A stretch of DNA of 64,000 nucleotides from the human T2T-CHM13v2.0 reference genome, Homo sapiens: NCBI RefSeq assembly GCF_009914755.1, contig NC_060941.1; one strand, written 5' to 3'. Made by a program: the position numbers and the translations under genes. Positions 49,286 to 64,000 of the stretch are shown piece by piece. How positions within the stretch are numbered: the first letter of the stretch is position 1; every line of letters starts with the position of its first letter. Under the pieces are notes generated by a model. The model saw nothing but the letters and a program-made list of their open reading frames with translations. It was not told the DNA's origin and made no database searches.

Positions 49286-49455
49286 AAAGAAACGCAGCTG
49301 GTGCCATCCGCCCTGGGAAGTGGGTATCTGCAGAAGGGTTGAAGGGAAGCAGGGCCCCTCCAGAAGACCCTGCTCTGAGTCTGTGCATCCAAGAAGGGGT
49401 CAGAGTTGGAGAGTCCCCACGGCCCCTCCCTTTGTCTCCCTGCTGCCGTGGGGCT

Positions 49456-49635
49456 GGGGAGGGGAGGTGGGGGAGGGAGAGGAGGGGAGAGAGGGAGGGA
49501 GAGGAGGGAGGGGAGGGAGAGGAGGAGGGGAGGGAGAGGAGGAGGGGAGGGAGAGGAGGAGGGGAGGGAGAGGAGGAGGGGAGGGAGAGGAGGAAGGGAG
49601 GGAGAGGAGGGAGGGGAGGGAGAGGAGGAGGGGAA
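49456..49635. repeat. Polypurine GA-rich low-complexity tract
   Basis: About 180 bp of nearly pure G/A (ggagggagaggagg units). Confidence 0.9.
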
Positions 49636-50118
49636 GTGTGAAGCAAATAAACACGCGGGCAGGGTGAGGTTCTTTTTTGTCTCTTTAAAATCATTTTTAA
49701 AAAGTTACAAAACAATATCATTCATCATATATTCTTATTTTCCTTTTTTTAAAAAATTAAAGTAATAAAAAAGTCACTTTATAAAATAATATAAAAGGGC
49801 TTGATGGGTGGGGCCGGTGGGTGCTGTCTGAGCTGGTGGACTGAGGAATCCAGTGCTTCTCTTCTGGCTACCCCCTCGTTGTCAGGAAGGACCCCCAGGC
49901 CACAGATGGGGATGACAGCAGGTCCCTTGTCTCTGGCTGGGCTGTGGGAGAGGGGCAGGGAAAGCCGGGGCAGGAGGGCAGTGGGCAGACCCAGACAGGG
50001 GGGACGGCTGGGGCCCTGTCCCGAAGAGACGGGAGGGCCTGCTGGTGGGGGGTGAGGTGGCACTGGGGCAGCGGGTGTCTGGGCCCCTCAGTGCCGGCTC
50101 CTCCTCCAGACAGTCTGC

Positions 50119-58067
<7,949 letters not shown>

Positions 58068-60580
58068 GGCCGCGTCCACCTGCGGGGAGCGGGCGGCCTT
58101 GAGGCGGCGGCGGCGGCGGCGGGGGATGCCGGGCCGGGGGTGCCGGGCCGGGGGTGTCGGGGGCACTGGCCGCTCCTGCTCCCTCGCCCCCGCTCCCGCC
58201 CGCCGGGCCTGGCGGAGAAGGCGCGCGCGGCTCGGCGTCGAGGCGCTCGGGGCCGGGTGCCGTCGGCCTCCGCAGCTGGGGCTCCGCGCCCGGCCGTCCG
58301 AGGGCAGCGCAGGGTCTGGGTGCGCTGGCTGCGGCCCGCGCCAATGAGCGGCGGGGGCCGAGGCTGGGCTTATTTGCGGGGGCCGCGGCGGCCCGGGTGC
58401 CCGCGCGTTAGATGTGCCGCCGCCGCCGCCCGGGCTCGGCGGAGGGGGGAGGGGGCCGCGCTCGCTCTTTTCTTGGCGGAGGCATCGCCTTTTCTTCCCA
58501 AACCGCAAGCCTGACGGAGGGGCCTGGACTACCCCGCCGCGGCCGCCGGAGGCGCTCCCGGCCCGGCTCCGTGGGGGGGCAGCGCGGCCGGGCGGCCCCG
58601 GCGGCTCCATTCACCGCGGCCAGCCCGGCGCCGCCGCCCCCCCCCGCGGGGCAGCTGGAAGGGGCGGCGGCGACGGGGAGGGGCGAGGCTTTTCCGCGCC
58701 TGCCGGGGTGGGGGGCGGGGAACTCCGCCCGCGGCGCAGCTGGCCGAGCCCGACGGGCTGGGGGCGCGGGGCAGGCGCGCTCACCTGGAGCCGCCAGTGT
58801 CCCTCTCATCCCCCAGTGCCCAGGCCCAGAGCAGGCCGTGGGGGATTCGGACCCCGGCCCGCATCGCCCCACCTCGCGCAGCCCTGGGGCCCCGCTCTCA
58901 CCGCGGCCAGCGCGGGCGGCCCAGTGGCCCCGTCCTCTCAGCGCCCCTGGCCCTGCGCCGTCCCGCTGGTGCGCCCGGCTCGGCTGCGCTCCCCCTCTGG
59001 CGCTGGCGCGGAGCCGCCAGGGACTTTTATCCAGCAGGGCCCCCCGGGATCAAAGCGGCGGCGGACACAGGGCTTCCAGCCGAGGGCCCGGCAGCAGTGG
59101 CGCCGGGGCCTCCTGGAGAAGCGGACAGGTGGGGCGCGAGGTCCTGGCTCCCTCGGAGACCTGCGGGAGGGACCGCGCGCCCCAGCAAGGCGCCGCGGGG
59201 GAGTCGCTCAGTTCCGGGGCGCTCCTGCTGGCGCTGGGGTCAGAGAAGCAGCTACGACTTAAGGAGATCGCGGGGCCAGAGGTGAGGTCCTGGATCTCCG
59301 CCCGCCCCAGCCTGGCTGCTGGCCCCATGCCGAGGACCCCCCAAGAACCTGCCCCAGCCGCCACTGGGGGAGGAGGCCAAGGGTCCAGTGGCTGCCCGCT
59401 AGGCCTCTGCTTGCGGCCCTTCATGCCACGAAGGGCACCTGCCCCATGCTTCACCTTGGAGAGCACCCCTGTCCACTCCCGAGGCTCTGGGCAGTGGGGT
59501 TAGAACAAGGTTCCTGTGGGAAATCAGTACTGGAGCAGGGTGGACAGGAGGGGTTCAGGAGGTTTCCTGCTGGGGTGAGCGCGGGTGGGATGGACAAAAG
59601 AAAGGAAAGGACATACGCAGGGCCAGCGGGGCCGGGCAGACTTTCTCCTTCACCCTCCGGTCTGAAGCCTGCTGGGCGCCATGACACCCATTTTAAAAAT
59701 AGGAAACAGGTCTTACGTTTCAGGACAACCAGGTCTTACATTTCAGGACAACGATCTAGACACAAGCAGAGCTTCCAGAGCCCCTCCTAATTCAGGACAG
59801 TGGGGAGCCTACGGCACCACGTGGGGCAGGAGAGCAGAGGCGCAGGGCGGTGCCTGCAGCCAGGATGCCCCCGAGCCGCCGGCCGGGGCCATGTGGACGT
59901 CCTCCTTGCCAGCCCCGGGCTGAGTGAGGAGCTTAGGGAGAAAGTCCCAGCGCCGCCTGCACCCGCAGACAGCCGAGTTACCTGGGCTCTTGTGAAACAG
60001 AGAGACCAAACGCTGGGAGCTGTTGCCCCGCGCATTCGATGGGTGTAAGGCACCCCAGTGTAAACCACAAGGCCTAAGATCAGGCTGGGGTGCCCTGGAG
60101 GTCAGCCTAACCTGGGGACATTCTCAGAGGGAGGCAGGCTGTCACAAACTCAGGTCCCTCTCCCCACAGGGCAGGTTGCAGCATTTTCCTGACGAGGGGA
60201 ACTGAGGTTCAGGGACACTAACAGAAGAGCTGAGGCTCACCCTTAGCTCTCTGCTCACTCAGAAATCCCCCCTGCTGTCCCTCCGCCGTCGGGTCAGTTT
60301 AAAAGCCAAGTGTGGGGCTGGCCAAGGGCAGTAGCTTCAGACGCAGGTCCCATCCTGAGGCGTTCTCCCACCCACACCCCGGCGGGGAAGGCTGACCCAG
60401 GGCAGATTTCAGCGTCCAGCAGGAACCTGTCCGGAGGAGGCCTCTCCCGCCGGGCACCTGTTATTCCAAGTCCGGAGCGTGATGGCATCTTCCAGCTGGC
60501 TGCACAGGGTTGATCTTCACACCGCCCTGGCTCTGAGCCATCTCCTGGTGCAGTATGGACATCCCAGGGAAGGCCTGTGA

Positions 60581-60912
<332 letters not shown>

Positions 60913-62157
60913 GCTTCCTCTCCTTTAAAGCGGGGTGATAACAGTGCCTCTGTCAGAGGGCTGTTGTGGGATTATAAGAGCCCACTTGTGAAATTGCGCG
61001 GTAGGGGTGGCAGTCATGATCACCGATGAAAATTCCAGGACGGGAGAAGACCATGTGCGTTACAGTTTCTGACGTCTCCTGTAATGCGATGGAGCCTGCA
61101 TGTTGAACCGAAATGAGTTCACATTTTGGTTTATTCAACACTGGTAGCAGACGCCAGAAGAGGCTCAAACCCAAGACTTCCCCAGAACCTCTGCCCTTCC
61201 TCCACCTCCCCCCATTCCCCTCTCCTCCGAAGCCCCTTGCCGTGACCGGATGACTGACAAGGCTGCAGTCCTACGGCCGGGGACGGGGCTCCCGAGGCTC
61301 AGCAGCTGCTCACACCCATGTCCTCCTCTTGACTCACACCGACTGGCTCTGTCCTCACACTTCCCCAGCCCCTGGGACAGCTTTATCCTCTGCACCTGGG
61401 ACTCCCCACCCGGAGTTTTGAGCACCCAGAGCCTGGCAGCAGCTCCCGTGGCGGGTCCTATGGGCCAGCAGGTGCTGGGCCTTTGCTTCCAGGCCACCTG
61501 CATCAAGATGGGACCAACCTGGCCCTGACAGGTATAAGAAAGGGGGACCCAGGTCCATCAGTAATGGGTCAGATGCTACCTCATGCCCACTAAGATGACC
61601 ACGATCAAAACACAGAAACTAACAAGCGTGGGTGCAGCCGCGGTGACACAGAAGCCCCAGAGCATCGCTGTGGGGATGGACAGTGCAGTGGCCACGTCCC
61701 TCACCATGGAAAACGGTTTGGTGGCTCCTCAGTATGTTACACAAAACACGTGACCCAGCAGGCCCACTCCCAGGGATACACCCAGAGAATTGAAGACAAG
61801 TGTTCAAACAAAAACTGGCTCATGAATGTTCACAGCAGGACTAGTCACAGTAGCCAAAAGGCGGAAAACAGCCCCAAAGTCCATCAGCAGATGAGTGGGT
61901 AAACACAATGGAACACAGCCATACAACGGAATATATTCTAGCCGTAAAACAAACGAAGTTCTGACATATGCTGCACTGTGGGTGAATCTTGAGAATATCA
62001 GCCAAGTGACATGAACTGGACACTGAAGGGCACATGCGGTATGAGTCCATTCATTTCGAGTGTCCAGAAGAGGCAACTTCATAGAGATAGAAAGTCCGCT
62101 GGTGGTTTCCAGGAGATGGAGAGAAACAGGGAGTGATTACTAATGGGTACAGGATTT

Positions 62158-62990
<833 letters not shown>

Positions 62991-64000
62991 AAGAATCAGT
63001 GGGTAAGACCAACAACGATCAGGCTGGGCACAGGGCACCAGGTGGCGGGGATGAGGCCTGAGGCCCCGTGAGCGGAGTGGCCAGCTTGGGGTGGAGTGGG
63101 CCGGCTCCTCTCTAGAAACCTTCCTGGCAGGTAGGGTGTTTCAGAACCCTCCTTTTGCATGTTAGACAGATATCCACTTTGTCTGCACCAGAGCGGATGG
63201 GTTAGGACAGCCAAGTACCGGCTGCTGCGGGGCCTGCAGTTGCGTCTCAGGTTCCTCGTCTGTAAAACGGGATGAGAACAGCACCTGCCTCACAGAGTCC
63301 GCGTGAACATCAAAGGTGCAGGATGTTTGGGGGCTCCGCTCGGCGTCTCCGGCGATGACCATGTGATAAATGACAGTTATGCTGCCCAGGCGTCGTGGGA
63401 TTGCAGGCGATCCCCCAGGGACCAAGGTTGACTGCGAGGGCAGACATGGGGGCCTGGCGACGAGAGCACCACAGTGCCCATCCCAGGCTGCATGGTTGCG
63501 TGTGGTGTCCCTCACAGGGTGTGCCCTTCTCTGCTTCCCTGGCCCTGCCCCATCCCCACTGTCCTGTTCAGGGAGGACCATACAGGGTTCCCCAGGCTCC
63601 CATTCAGGTGGCGCCGGGGCTTCTGACTGAGCCTAGACTCTGTGTGCCCCGCGGCAGGAAAGCTGGGGAAACGAAGGCCCAGAGGGGACTCTGTGCTTCA
63701 GGAGAGGCACCCCGAGACAGGACGGGGTGAGGGTTCTGTTCACCGCCTTCCCCTGGGGAGGGAGCTGGGGATGCACAGGTGGTTCTGAGTCAATCCGCCG
63801 GGGTCACGGCTGTGCTGGGGGGCCGGAGCCCCCCCCCTGGGAAAAAGGGGTCAAGACAGCACATTTCAGGAAGCAAGGGCCCAAGCTGGCGGGCAGGCGC
63901 AGTCGGAGAGGGAGGAAGGTGTGATGGAGGGCAGCTGGCGGTACAGGGGTCCCCTCGAGACCTCGCGTGGGGCCCTGGAACTTGGTGATATGAGCGTCCA

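Noticed and set aside
58412-59503. 363-aa and 282-aa plus-strand ORFs opposite the NOTUM promoter
   Set aside because: Stop-poor CpG-island sequence with no domain similarity I can recognise, and no splice or poly(A) support.

Overview
Human genomic DNA (very GC-rich, Alu-dense, five CpG islands), recognisable from the encoded proteins as the distal 17q25.3 cluster. In order: 3' end of NPB (+), then six spliced genes all on the minus strand (PCYT2, SIRT7, MAFG, PYCR1, MYADML2, NOTUM), plus the divergent lncRNA MAFG-DT/MILIP (+). I walked every coding exon to its splice junctions, and the joined lengths give the full proteins (389, 400, 162, 319, 307 and 496 aa). Most entries in the ORF track are spurious GC-rich or Alu frames. 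I see no wholly new gene family. The most interesting testable pattern is the very tight head-to-tail packing of MAFG->SIRT7->PCYT2, where both penultimate-exon-to-second-exon read-through splices would be in frame. Other notable items: a U12-type intron in PCYT2, a GC-AG intron in SIRT7, an AluY landing on a PYCR1 3' splice site, a candidate upstream Wnt-responsive NOTUM promoter and exon, candidate tissue-specific regulatory modules, several VNTRs and nested transposons. Gene names and repeat-family names come from memory, not from database searches.
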